A stretch of DNA of 64,000 bases from Podarcis erhardii (taxonomy: Eukaryota). Positions 49,106 to 62,532 of this stretch are shown one piece after another. The notes beneath the pieces were generated by a model. That model saw only the letters and a program-made list of their open reading frames with translations, did not search any database and was not told where the DNA came from. The translations under genes were made by a program, and so were the position numbers. Positions within the stretch are counted from its first letter, which is position 1; every line of letters starts with the position of its first letter. The DNA is taken from assembly GCA_964252035.1 (NCBI GenBank), contig OZ176201.1; one strand, given 5' to 3'.

Positions 49106-51462
49106 CTGCAATCAGAAACAGACAAAAGCACAATGAGCACAGCAAGCAACAAGTACATTTTCAGCATTGTGCCATTGTAACAAAGTTCAACAAAATTAGC
49201 CACACAAATCAGCCAGCCCCTTTATTGCATCAAATGAAAATGGATGAGGAATAACCACAGACATTCCCAGGCCAGGCTGTGGCAGTGGAAACAAGGCAGA
49301 GAGGAGCAAAGACACAGATGGTAACTAAAGCAGGGGGAGAGCTGAGAGTTGTTTGGAGACAGCCATCTTTTTTAAGGCATCTTAGAGGGAGGTGAGTGGC
49401 CTGGCGGTAAAGTGCAGCCTGTCCAGTATCCAAACACATTGGGTGAGAAGCTCAAGAGACAGAGCCTTGCACATTAATCCTAGACACATTTGGGGAGCTT
49501 GGTTTCAGAGGAGTTGACTTCCAGCTAAAGTGATCAGTCGGGGAGGAAGGATCTAGTTATGGAGAGGACCACGAGTGAGATTAATGTCCAGAGGAGACCC
49601 GCTAATAAAATTGAGAGTCTGAGTCTCATTGTATCACATGGGTGTCAGCAGCACATACAAAATCAGCAAGAAGGATAAATTGCTCCATTCTGTCACACAT
49701 TCTTTTCAACAATGAGCTCTCCTTCCTTCATCCATTGGCAAAATCTCCTTCTCGATATAAGAGAGTGAGCAGAATGCTCCAGTAAATTCTGATACTCTCC
49801 ACCAGTGCCTGCTCTGTGTTCTGAACCACATTCCGGATATTTGTTTGGAGGACATATTTGTTTCTTCAGATTGCAGTTCCATCAAGATAAAAAAAGAGGG
49901 TCGCCTCCTCCACCATATCTTAACGCCCTCCAGTGATAAACATGCTGTTAGGATTGAATCACAACTCTGTATTTGTCCTACAGGAATAAATGGCAGCAAG
50001 GAAAAGGTAGGGGCAAAACCTGCTCCTTGAACTTCACTCCCCAACTGGCAGTCCAGCCTTTTCCTATCTGCATAGTCTCATCATGGAGCCTTTTTTCCCT
50101 TTCCCTACCATCAGTGTTGGCTAGTTCTCACTGACTAGGAAATTTGTACTTTGTTGTACTCTTATCACCAAGGGGGAGGCTGTCCCAGTGTGTTCACAGG
50201 CTTCGTGAAGATGACTTGGCACACAGTTCCCAGCTCATTTGGGTCTCACTCTCTGAACCATTTCTGGGTCTTGCTATTTCTTCTGTGTCATGGGTTAAGG
50301 GCATGAGAGGAAAGCATCGCTCTTCCCAGAGCTGCGCAAAAGCTCTTTATCTCATGGCTGAATTGTAGCCTAGTTATTTATACAGTGAAAGTTGTCCAGA
50401 ATCCAAAAATAAAGATTGCGGACACAATTCTCATCTCCATTTTAATAAGTGTCAAATTATTGTTTGTTTGTTTTCTTTGCACAAAATGTGACTGGGAGCA
50501 CAGTCAAACTGTGGGATAGGAAAATCAAAGGCCAAGAGAATTATATATTGTGTGATTTTTATTTATTTAAAAACCCTCTTTTTTCAATAAAATAAAATAA
50601 ACAAAACAACCCAAACTGCTTTTAACAAATGGCTTCTCTAGTCCCCACATGCCAGTTGTTACCTCCCATCACCAAACGGATTTATTGTCAGAGTTATGAG
50701 TCATTTTGCATTGACGCAATTGGATGAGCTAATTTATTATTTGCCTCCTGTAGTTAACTAGATCCTAAAGCACGATAGATATTTTGTTTTATTGAAGACT
50801 CAAACCCTGCGCAACTAAAAGGCCAAACAAAAAGAAGAAGAAGAAAATCTTAAAGTGAGTGAGTAAATAAAAATGTGTGACAGAGCACCAAAGGCAAAGT
50901 TAGAGGAGACACCTCAGTGGTAAAAGACGGTTGTAAAACAGATTCTGGTAAACTTCATAGGGTGAAAACCATCCTACTTTCAGATATTGCAAGAGCAATC
51001 TGAGAAGCTGGTGCACCAGTGCAGAGGCCTGGTTCACAGCTAGTGGGATGGTGGGAAGAGCTTTGAGAGAGCATCCGATAAAAGTAATCTGCAAGGCAGA
51101 AAACCAGTGTTGTTCTTCTGCACAGCTCAATTAATGCTCATTACAGATCGCTAAAGTTATGTAGGACCATGACAAAGGATGGACGCAAAACAAAGGGACC
51201 TTTGCCAAGAGGATTGATGTAAATTCTGCAGACAAACCAACAGCATATGGTTGTCTGAGAAAAAAATCTATGTCAATTTGGGGTTGAATGTGTTGGTTCT
51301 TCCATGAGGGAAGTCGTGGCAGTAGTGGAAGTTTAGAAGTTAAAGTCTGGAGTGAGAGTACAATGATGAAAGGAGAATTACACACATAGGATTGTATCCA
51401 AAGTAGCATTGAGTAATATTTTCTGACAGAACAAGGATTTCCACTTGCACAGCTGGACTTAC

Positions 51463-51515
51463 CTCCTCTCCCCTCTTGTGTGCTTCCCAAATCTGTTTTA
51501 GGGGCTCTCCAAACT
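51463..51515 (-). other. MYOCD: Candidate MYOCD alternative frameshifting exon (exon 2a equivalent; 53 or 44 nt)
   Basis: Consensus donor GAG|GTAAGT at 51462; upstream pyrimidine tract and ACTAAC; acceptors at 51517-16 or 51508-07; both lengths give CGC TGA in exon 3. Confidence 0.45.
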
Positions 51516-54348
51516 CTCCAGCAGAGTAGATTTGGGGAGTGAGTTGGACACAAAGGAGGAAAAAGTCCCAATGTGCAAGCGGAAATCCTTGTGCTGATGG
51601 ACCACGTTAGTTGGATACTGCCCCACAACACAGACCTGTCCTGAGCCTTCAGTTATCACAATTTTTAAGAGCATGTGCATTGAATAATGAGTATTGCAAT
51701 TAAACATAATTAACTTTCTCATTGTGCCTGCCAGGAAAGGCTACTGCTTTTGGCCATAGGGCTGGGAAGTGTTTTGTTTTCACAGAGAAAAGAAATCAGG
51801 AAATTGCTATAATTTTAAAAGACAAATAATAGATTTGAAATCTTATAGTTTATAGCCATTTTGATTTTAAAAGAGTGACATGAAGTTTGAATGCTCTGGT
51901 TTGAGAGGAAGGGTCCCAGTGAGAGTGCCACCATGGTGTTAAGAGAGGCTTGTCAGCTGTGTGACTTGCTTGCCGATGATAAATAGTGGCAAATCAATAA
52001 TGAGTAAAACCTGTGTCTATCACCCAATCATATGAATCTTTGTTCATATGAGTTTGGGTACATTGATTAATTTATTGATTAAACTTGCATACATTTGCAT
52101 ATGAGATAAAAACGGTTCTAAAGAAAAATGTACTTTGTTTTAAAATTATGCCCACAAGTGGCACAGTAGGCCTCATCTTTGAAGAGCTGTCCCCTGTTCT
52201 ATCACACACAGAAGGACATGACGCTGCTTGACATCTGAAACTTCTTTAAGTACTTATGTTAAAAACTGATAATGTAGATATACCAATTTGGGGGCAGCTT
52301 GTCAGCTGATCAAATTAAACCTATTAACCTAACCAATTAACTGACTAAATCCTGAACCCCTACTAACACCACTAACTAACTGACTGCATTTACACACCAC
52401 AGTAAATGCTTTTGCCATAAACACAGGTAATGGTTTAAACATAAACACACAGGGGCTTCCTGTTTTGATCATTCCCTAGCAGGAAGAACCAAACATAATC
52501 CCTAGTGTTACATCTGAATTGGAGATAGCAGTTTGTTTCACTCCAAACAAAGTTTGTTCTTGACTTACCAATCAAACTTAGTTTGAGTGAAACAAATCAC
52601 AATCCTTGGCTCAGATATTATTAGGGATGTAAGAACACATCATTTTCTGTTCTGACCTCTATTTGTTGCATGCAGCACTGTTTATGTTCCACTGCGCTTT
52701 GTCTTCCACAAAAAACCACTTTATCTGTATTTCCATCCACTGTGTCAAATTATGTACCTTATGTAATTTACATGCAAATTATGTTGCCGTGATGTTATTC
52801 CCCCCTATTCATTTCAACGCAAAGGAAACACAATGCAAGTAGGGGTGGGGAAAAGTAATAATTTATGTATCATCTGTGGACTGAAATCAGAAACAACAAC
52901 AGGTGGATTTCCATTTTGGACATGGGATGAATAAGTGAACATTGGCAATTTCCACTCCTGTTTCCATTTTTCTTGGAATTCTGCAGCATCCCCAGATGTA
53001 ATGTTAAGCCAGGGATTGTGCTCATGCTTGTAATAGGGGAGAAGCAAAGCAGGTGTGATCTCCACATTCACAACAAACCATTAACTGTGGTTTATATTAA
53101 TTGTGAACTGGGCAATGAGGCTTCTATATAGGCTTATGAGCCTTGTCAATGTGAGAAAAGGCATCAAAGCAGAAGGCAAAACAAAAACCCACCCTTAAAT
53201 TAGGAGGGCTGGAAGACCTAATACTATGGACATGTGCAGAAAACATGTGATTTATTTGCTATATTTATATATGCTGCTCCTCATTTTTTGTGAGGTTCTC
53301 AGTGGTCTCCTATCCAAGTCCACACTCACTTAGTATCAATCAAGTTACATCATGTATTCCCAAGGGATTTGCTGGGCAGTGACTGCAAACAGGATGTAGT
53401 TGGGTGTAATTCTCTAACTACCTACCACTGATGAATATGTGAATGCCCAGGAACAAAAGTAATCAATGGGATCTCTTCCTACAACATAGGAAGCATGATT
53501 ATATTAAGGGCAATTACCTTGCCCTTTCTAAGTTTTGCATAAACTGATTAGGAAGGCAGTCGAGAAATGGGCAAAGATGTGCACTTTTTGTCAAACTCAC
53601 CAGACAGGTATGAGATGCATGTATTTATCATGGGTCCTTGGGCGTTTTTTATATCCTTCAAAATGCATCTAGGGAAATGTCATATCTGAAATAGCCCTAA
53701 GCACATACTAGTTGAAGCCCATGGTCAAGCACTGTGTCCTAGAAAGAAAGATGTTTGGGGCTGTGGAAGAGGGGGAGATGAAATAAGGTGAAAAGTCTGG
53801 AGTCATGGTGGTAACCCATTTGCCTCGGACGCCTAAACAAATGCTGCTATTCTTGCCTCCATACCCCTTGCCGCTTTCTTTCTCCCTCTCTTTGAGGAGT
53901 AAAATGCCTTTTAGGGGGTAAACTAGCAGCCTTTATGGGGTGTCAGAACATCCCCTGACAGTTGGCAAACACCAATGACACCTCATTTTTGCAGAACATG
54001 ACAGTTAATTCTGATAGTGGGATAGGATTAAACCTGCCAAGAACTTTGGGCAATGTATTAAATAAACAAGTCTATGTGGATCCACTCTGTCACACATAAC
54101 ATGCTGTACCTGCACTACATACACTGAAATGCCTCATGAAAATGCCAAACTGCTGCATGCACCATTCGTATGGAAGCGACAGACATTCCATGCCAACAAT
54201 GTAGAATGTTTTGCAGGAGGTGGCTTAAGAGGAAAGCAATAGCAGAGGCCAACTACAACATGCGGCACCCAAAGGCTTAGGCAGTCACTGTGTGTGGCTC
54301 AGAATCAGTGTGATCCAACAGAGAGAGAGAGAGGGTGGGTGCTTGGGG

Positions 54349-54490
54349 TGGGAGACCTGGATTCAGATCCTAGTTTGACCATGGACTCACTGGGTGGCCT
54401 TGGGCAAGGTGTTATCTCTCTCAGTCTCAGTTTCCCCATCTGCAAAAAATTGGAATAACAATGACCTGCCTCATAGGGTTTTGCAAGGTG
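54349..54490 (+). mobile_element. MIR/CORE-like SINE remnant
   Basis: ggagacctggattcagatcc...ccttgggcaag...tcagtttccccatctgcaaaa core. Confidence 0.65.
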
Positions 54491-55038
54491 CCCTACATCC
54501 TAAATGAGTTATGAAAACGATGCAGTATAGTCTACTTCAGGAGTAATCAAGCCCAAACTCCCTTTCCTGTGAGGCTCATTAGAATCCTAGATTTTGGGAT
54601 GCGTGTGTAAGTAATCTTCTAGTCCCGAGTTTAACAGTAATTGCAATAACAAGCTGAGTATTTGATGGCAAAAATTCCATGCAATCTGTAGTGCCGGACC
54701 AGTTGCTCAACTCAATCTCCTGCTTATGATTGTACCAGAAATAAGTAATTTTTGCAGCAGTACAGACTTCTCAGGGTGGGCACTATGTAAGAAGTTATCT
54801 CTCTGCCACAAATATTTCCTTCCTGCATAAGAGTTGCAGAGGTACATAGCACCAGATCTGTGTGTGCTAAAGTGGTGTACGTGTACAATCCTGCTTTGCC
54901 CTTCTTAGAATCAGAAACAGTCCCTAATGATGCAAAGTTGTATTATATTTATTTGGTGGTGGATAGTGTGACCCTCAGCTGAGGCTGCATGGGCCTGCTA
55001 GTGCATAAAAGATAAAAGTGAGAAAGCAAAGTACTCAC

Positions 55039-55104
55039 GTGGCATGATTCCCTGGTTGGCGAGCTGCTCTCGGCTTCTTCGCTGCTGCAGCCGCAACTGT
55101 AAAA
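55039..55104 (-). CDS. MYOCD: MYOCD exon 2 (66 nt; RPEL1: V-LQLRLQQRRSREQLANQGIMP-P)
   Basis: tcccAG acceptor, C|GTgagt donor; exons 2-14 as listed sum to 2762 nt, which is in frame with a phase-1 exon 1. Confidence 0.97.
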
Positions 55105-55373
55105 CTGGGAGAGAGTGCATCTTTCAGAAAGGGACCTCGAACTTCTGCCACAAATAACTCCAAACTTTTCATTTGCTGAGATACCTTCCGCTCTGCTGCT
55201 AAAGAGGGAAGGTTCAGATCTCTATCACATGCCAAAAAAAGGAGTCATCCTTGTTACAACAGCAGTGTAGATCTGACCTATTACTGGAATGCAGCTTTCT
55301 TATTATCTTACTAAAACTAAGCCAATTAACCTGGAGTTTGGTCAAATGACCATTTCCCTTTCTCCATCCTCTC

Positions 55374-55400
55374 CACACACACACACACACACACACACAC
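55374..55400. repeat. (CA)n microsatellite
   Basis: About 13 CA units. Confidence 0.9.
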
Positions 55401-57066
55401 GTTAACAACTTCATAACACAGCAGACACAGTTGCTAATGTTACTACATTACCAAAAAGATGAAAATTTATCAAGCTATTCTAACTGTGCTGCTTATTAAG
55501 ATTTTCGAGTAAATGCTTCTCTGCTACACATGTTATTTAGGGTTGAAAGAAGAGGAGCCTTTTGCAATAGTTTCCATTCTAGAGTTCACAGGAAACAACT
55601 CAGAGTTACAAAAAAAATTGCTGCAGATCTGGAAAACATGGTCCACACGGATATGTGCTGCTCCATTAGCTTAAAGAAGGAAAGGGATGATCCACTGGAC
55701 TGAAATTCTAGCTTAAACAAATTCTTAAAAATTTAGTTTGAAATGAAAAGCAAACCAGCACACCATCTTGTGTAGGGATGAAATCGATCCTCTTGAGATT
55801 TGGCCCATTTTAATGAAAGTGATGAGTGGCTGTGGCTCAAAATGAAAAACTGTCTAGGAAACTATGGCCTAATGTACATAACAGGTCTGCCTGCAGCTAT
55901 AAATAATCCAACTTAATCTTGACACCTCTGACATATATGAAGTCCAGCCTGCTCCCCCTGTTACTGCTTCAGTTCCTAGGAGCCAGGCTAGCTGTAGGGG
56001 CAGTGAATGCCCTTCCTTCTTTGCACCTCATTGCACGATGGAGAGCCACTTGTGTTTGGCAGATCATTAGCTTGCCCTGGAGAACAAACACTTGGCTTGT
56101 GTCTCTAGAACTGACATATCTATCAGGGGTGCAAATAAAAACAACAACCAATGTCTGCAAATTTCAAATCAAACCTAACAGTATTCTGAACATTTGATTT
56201 TAAAAAAAATGTGATGAGGGAAGACGGAAACTAAAGAAACTTTTGTCTGCTTTGTAGATATATGAGGCATTTAGCAGGTGAGGGTCAATTTATTCATCCC
56301 AGTCACTATAGGAGGCCAATCCAAATTGCTCCACATATTGTACATGTAGACTTACTATTCTAAAGCTGCAACCTTAGTCATAATTCCTAGAGAATAAATT
56401 CATTATGGTGGAACTTGGAGTAAACATGCACAGGATTGCACGGCAACAGGATGGTTTTTACCGTGTCGTTACCAAATTTTAGATTGGGAGCTTCCAGAGT
56501 GGTTGTTTATTTAGCATGCATATGTGTGCACAAAACATATGTGGCAGTTATATGACATCACCTGCTTACTTGGCATTCATTCACGTGCAGGTAACCCAAT
56601 ACCCCCAGTGACTGTTATGCAACACTTCCCAGTGCAATTTCCCACCACTTTTCTTATCACTTTCTCCTTATCAGACTTTTAGTGGTTATAAAACTAACAG
56701 CATAATTGCACTAGAAAGTGTGGAATAATAACCATTTTTTCTGCATATTAACATCCCACCTGGAAATGCCCTTCATCTCTGTAAAACTGTACTTTTAATC
56801 AGCAACAACCCGCCCCCCCAAAAAAAACCCCAAAACCCATCTCAACTTAAGCAAAGAGCTACTGCACATTATGGCTAACCACATAATTTCCACAATGAGT
56901 GATTAAACTGGCCTCCACACGGTGAGCTTAATATATAAACAAACCCTTAACTTAATATATAAATCTGCCCTTTTAAATTTCCATTGAAATATATATATAA
57001 AGAATGGAATGCTATATATATATATATGTACAAAAATACATATTATCTCAATAGGATATACAAAAC

Positions 57067-57068
<2 letters not shown>

Positions 57069-57104
<36 letters not shown>

Positions 57105-57120
57105 TGAGAAAGAGAGAGAG
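57069..57120. repeat. (TG)17 followed by a (GA)n run
   Basis: Direct read of the sequence. Confidence 0.9.
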
Positions 57121-58047
57121 TATTTCATTTCTCTTCTATGTAAAATGTATTTTAAAAGAAATCTACAATAGTGTCAGATTTTCATAACCATTCAAATGCA
57201 TCTGATGCTTCATTCGTGTTGGCAATGTCCTCATCTTTGCTGGAATTAGGTCCTGTACCAGTGACTTATCAGATAATTTAAAAGACACCATTCAGCCCTT
57301 TAACAAATTAGCTAATGGATCAAAGATTTAACCTTTCGGATATGTTAGAGGGTCTCAGCCTTTAAATCAGCAATACTGGGTTGTGAAGAACACGAAGCTT
57401 GTCTTTTTCATCAGAACAAGCTCTGAGGAACTGGGTGGGGAAACCCTCCAATTTCCACAAACAATCTCTACGAAATGAGCACTGCAGACAAATGGCTTCC
57501 TTGGGGCACCAGCACCCTCTTGAAAAGCTCTCATGATTTGTTTATGCTTGCACAGACTTAGCACTATAGAGGGATTAAAGCATCTGTTTGCGTGCTGCTT
57601 TAATCAGGGCTAGTCAAGGAACTTGCACACTTAAGAGATGTCACTTCGGCAGGAGAACATGGGAGGAAAGAGATAGAGAGACGGGAGAGGCAGCTCCCAA
57701 AGGTCTGGGCTTTTTGGAAAGCATGGCCTGTTTCATGTAGTCCCAGGAACCAGATGCAAAGCTTTGACGCCACTAAAACTTAACTGCAAATGCATCAAAA
57801 TACTCCTCGTTCGCTGCAAAGCCCAGTATCCACAGTCTGGAAGGCAGGCTTGGATGAATGGCTGCCACCACATAATCCAATTACATCCTTTAATTTCAGT
57901 GGTTAAGAATGTCAGATCTGCACCTTAAACACATTTCCCTGGAAATAATAGGCCCCAGGAATTTCAACGGAATTTGCTTCCCAAGAAGACACACCAGAGT
58001 ATTGGAATCCCAGGTGTTTAAAATGCCTGAAATGCAAAGTTGTAAAG

Positions 58048-58337
58048 CATGGGTAGGCAAACTAGATCCGGCCCAGTAACCTTCTAAATCCAGCCTGTGG
58101 ACGGTCCAGGAATCAGTGTGTTTTTACATGAGTAGAATGTGTCCTTTTATTTAAAATGCATCTCTGGATTGTTTGTGGGGCTTGCCTGGTGTTTTTACAT
58201 GAGCAGAATGTGTGCTTTTATCTAAAATGCATCTCTGGGTTATTTGTGGGGCATAGGAATTCATTCATTCCTGCCCCCCAAAAATATAGTCTGACCCTCC
58301 ACAAGGTCTGAGGGACAAAAAAGTTTGCTGGCCCCTG
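58048..58337. mobile_element. hAT (Charlie-like) MITE
   Basis: CATGGGTAGGCAAACT ... AGTTTGCTGGCCCCTG; perfect 8-bp TSD ttgtaaag on both sides; internal ~50-bp direct duplication. Confidence 0.88.
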
Positions 58338-58377
58338 TTGTAAAGCATTTCTTTTTACAGATGAGTTGCTCCAATGT

Positions 58378-58512
58378 TAGGGTTGCCATATGTCCTTTTT
58401 TCCAGGACACGCCTTCTTTTTCATGGGTAGAGTCGTCCTAGCGATCCATAGTTAAAAGTAGAAGTCTGCAAATGTGTCCTCTTTTTTTGCTCTTCAAAAT
58501 ATGGCAACCCTA
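58378..58512. mobile_element. hAT (Tip100-like) MITE
   Basis: TIRs TAGGGTTGCCATAT and ATATGGCAACCCTA; TSD not recognisable. Confidence 0.75.
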
Positions 58513-61500
58513 CTACTGATTTTATTTTTTTAAAATAAAGCTGATATTTAATGCCTAATTTCATGATTGGGATTTTGCTTGCAGTGTTTGTGTTCTAAAG
58601 AACAGCAAAAGTCACAAAAAAGAGGAAAAACCAAGAGAGAAAGTGGGGTGGCAAAAAGAGAGAAAGGGGGATCGATTTTTGGCTCTGACCCTGCCCAGTG
58701 CTGACTCCAGCCCCACCCACTGTTGGTATGCAGCCCCTTGGAAAATGTTCCTGAGGGAATGTGGCCCACAATAAAAAGATACAGAAGTTACCCAACTGAA
58801 GAAGAATGGACTAATAGGGATAAATAGCAATCACTGGAAGACATTGAACTGATTTCTTTCATCTGCTCTCAACTAGCAGGTGTGCTATCAGCCAGCAGAA
58901 CTAGTAACAGAACTAGCAAGTACTTTGATACAATGAAAATTAACACCAAAAACATTTAAGCACAGGTCCAGAATAAAGCCTTTTCCATATTGTATGTATT
59001 TGGTAAAGAGGTAAGTGCAACGATATGATAGACGATTGATTGTTTTTTAAATAAAGTGCATATAGGGATGTTTCGTAGAAACTTACTGTGGATAACACTT
59101 CAGCAATAAGATGGAATCCTTGTTTATATCCACAAATGACCCACTGGCAATTACTACTGAATGGACATGTTGTGAAGATGCCCACTGGAAAATACTTTAT
59201 AGATCTGGCTTCTTTTTCCTGATGGGTTTTTAAAACAAGGCCTGTGCTTATTTCACAAACATAAACTCGCTGTTACAGAAATAGTAGGCAGGACATGCAA
59301 TCATTGTTTCATTGCTTCTAGTATGAAAAAAATACAGGCTACACTGGCATCACTAAGCTATCCACACATAATCTCTTCATAGAAGTTAGCCTGACCCCAC
59401 AGATCTGTTGGTTAAGGCAACTTGCCAGTGTGTTTGGGTAGGGAGTAAAATGTATGGGTCACTCACATTTGAAGTTTGCTCCTAAGCAACAAAGCTGCAG
59501 TACAGCTGGTCAAGCCCAGCTGACATTTAATCCACAGCTATTTGGAGTTCGCTAACAAGGCACAAATTAACTCTTTTTGCTCAGTTAATTTCATCCCTCA
59601 GAGATCTTGTGGTGCTCCTAGGTCACAGAAGTGCGACTAATTTGGACACTCCACCTCATAATTATGGATGAACCTAGATAAGATGCTTGTGTATATTGTT
59701 AATCTAATATGAACAAACCCAGGATCTCTAATAGCCATTACAGTAATGTATATATTTGAGGCATGAAGGTTTCTGCTTTGAAGCAAGAGGCTGGGTTTGA
59801 AAATCATCTACCGCCTTGCAGACCAATAATTATTTGATATAAGCTCCAGAGGTACACAAAACAAACAGGCCAAAAAAATTTCACCGTGTCCGTTCACTCA
59901 AAATTATGTATTCTTCTATTATTAGATCAGCAGTTGAAAGAGAGAATGAATTATCAATACTTCAGGAGGTTATTTCTTAATTGGTCAGAAGGTGGAGGTA
60001 AGTGTGTTCTTGTGGGGTGAGCAATAGAAATCTTTAAGAATCTGTATGTAAATCCTGAACAGTATTCCAGTTGCCTTCTTTACAGTATGTGTATTTCATT
60101 CCTCCCTGTAATGTATGCAACATCTCACCACCACCAAAAAATAGCTGCACCTCCTCTTAGATTACAGTTTTGGCAATGTAGGGATGGCTGCTACTTCTCT
60201 ACATTATCTACAATACCCTCCACACCTTATAAATCGGTTGTCTTTCTCCTTGAGCATCTGAAACAACCCTGACATAATCATGGACAAGATAAGTGGGGAT
60301 AAAAAAGAAAATCAGACAAGTCTTAGCCTACCTTGAGGACCTCAATGTACTTTGAGGAGTGGGCAGAATGTACTGGGAGTGGGGGGAATCTACAGTAAGA
60401 ATTCCAGTAAAAAATATATATATAATTATTGAAATTCAGAGTGTAAAATAAAACCACCAACTCTGATTTTTAGAACCCCAAAAGTGTTAATTGAAAGAAC
60501 AGCATTTACTCTTAACTTCACATGTTGCTCATTCTTTTCATCAGATGTCTCTAGCCTTCAAATACTGTATTTAATTGATTATTCCTCTCCGTTAAACATT
60601 AGAGGGATCTTTACTCCAACTACAATGTCTTATTGCTAAAAGATCCCCTACCAGGTTCGTAATTTTAAAACAAAAACTCTACATTAACCCTAGGCGTTTA
60701 AGAAGACACTTGCTCTAACATTTAACCCAAATCTGAATTGCTAGACTATGAAATCAGCACTTCCAGTTCTTACGTCTCTCCCCACTGCCTCATAGATACT
60801 CAGGCTAAAGGAGATGGAGTACAGATGTACCGGTATTTTTTAATAATTTACACATCTGTTGCACTTGAAGATGAGCATGGGAGAGCAACTCTATCATACA
60901 GGTAGGCACCTGGGATTTTGCAATTTAAGGGTCACTCAAACCAGGCAGAAGCAGTAAATATGGACTCTTGTGCTGCTTTGAGCAGAGCAGCTCCCCATAC
61001 GAAAACAAATTGCACCTCATATCTTTTGCAATTACAAGTTCTAGGGCACAAAACACTCTCAGCCAGCCCTGGACTCCTAGTCTGCATTGTGCAAAATTGG
61101 ATTCATAGCATAAGACACCAGTAACACCCAGACTCATTTCATTTCAACATTTCACTATCTTGATGCTCTTGAGCCATCAACACTAAGTTATTGATATACC
61201 AGTGGCCCAACTCACACACTTTTCCCATTATGGCTCCACTGGAAGTCAGAGATCTCTGTTATCTACAAACCATCAAGTATCACTTCCAACAAACAATCAT
61301 TTTTCAGTAGAACTTTTAAGATTCTCCAGCTATTTTATGCTAGACTCTAGAGCCCCATCTCTGAAGTTACCCAGTAAGGCTGAGGCAGTGGGCCTGGGAA
61401 GTGACATTTCCTTATGCAGCCAATCAGATTGTGGCAACTTACCCAACCTGTCCCCTCACTGATGGCCAAGCAAGTGAGAGATGACCTCTAAAGGAGTTTA

Positions 61501-62199
61501 ATGACTTCCATTTACAGCACTCCAATAACATATGGATTTGTATTTTTTGGAGACACAATGCCATGGATAGTGTTTCCTGGGAAGAGTTAAATACTTAGCA
61601 AGAGAATTCTTGGGCTAACCCCTCGTGCTTTGTCCTATTTGATTTAAGGCAATTCCATTGATATTTGGAAGGCAGGCAAAAAGAATCATTGTTTCTGTGG
61701 AATTTGTCAGGATGACCTCAGGTTTGTGCATTTATCTTTGGTAAAATAGACAAAATAAACATACACACAAATCCTAGTCTCTTAACTCAGAAGGAAGTGG
61801 GAGGGGAGAACATGCCTGCAACATCGCTGAAGATTTTTGACATATTAGATTTATACTCCACTCAGAGCAGTGGCTTGTTTTACCATAAGTTTCACTTGAA
61901 GGCGCAAGTTTTCAATGTAAACAAGTCTTATCTCCCTCCCGCCCCTTGGCAGAACGCTATGCAAAAGAGCAGGCTGGATGACCATCGAGTGGGAATGATT
62001 AGTAATAGAGTTGGACTAGTTTACCTTTGAGAACCCTTCCAACTCTGTAAAGCACATTTCCTCCCAAAGGTAACTATAGTTAAGAGTGCTGGGAATTTCT
62101 GTTAAGCGTAAACAACAGTTCCCAGGATTCTATTTTTTGGGGGGTGGAGGTGCTTTAAAGGTATGGTATGTATGCAACCTGTGATTATATGAAAAACTA

Positions 62200-62532
62200 T
62201 GGCGCTGTGGGTTAAACCACAGAGCCTTGGGCTTGCTGATCAGAAGGTCGGCGGTTTGAATCCCCGCAATGGGGTGAGCTCCCGTTGCTCGGTCCCTGCT
62301 CCTGCCAACCTAGCAGTTCGAAAGCACGTCAAAGTGCAAGTAGATAAATAGGTGGGAAGGTAAATGGCATTTCCGTGCGCTGCTCTGGTTCGCCAGAAGT
62401 GGCTTAGTCGTGCTGGCCACATGACCCAGAAGCTGTACGCCAGCTCCCTCGGCCAAAAAGCGAGATGAGCGCCGCAACCCCAGAGTCGGCCACGACTGGA
62501 CCTAATGGTCAGGGGTCCCTTTACCTTTACCT
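62200..62532 (+). mobile_element. Sauria-type SINE
   Basis: High similarity to the 30303 copy; ctttacctttacctt tail. Confidence 0.9.

Noticed and set aside
51131-51631. 166-aa minus-strand ORF in MYOCD intron 2
   Set aside because: No recognisable domain and no splice context for the whole ORF; only the small exon-2a candidate inside it is retained.
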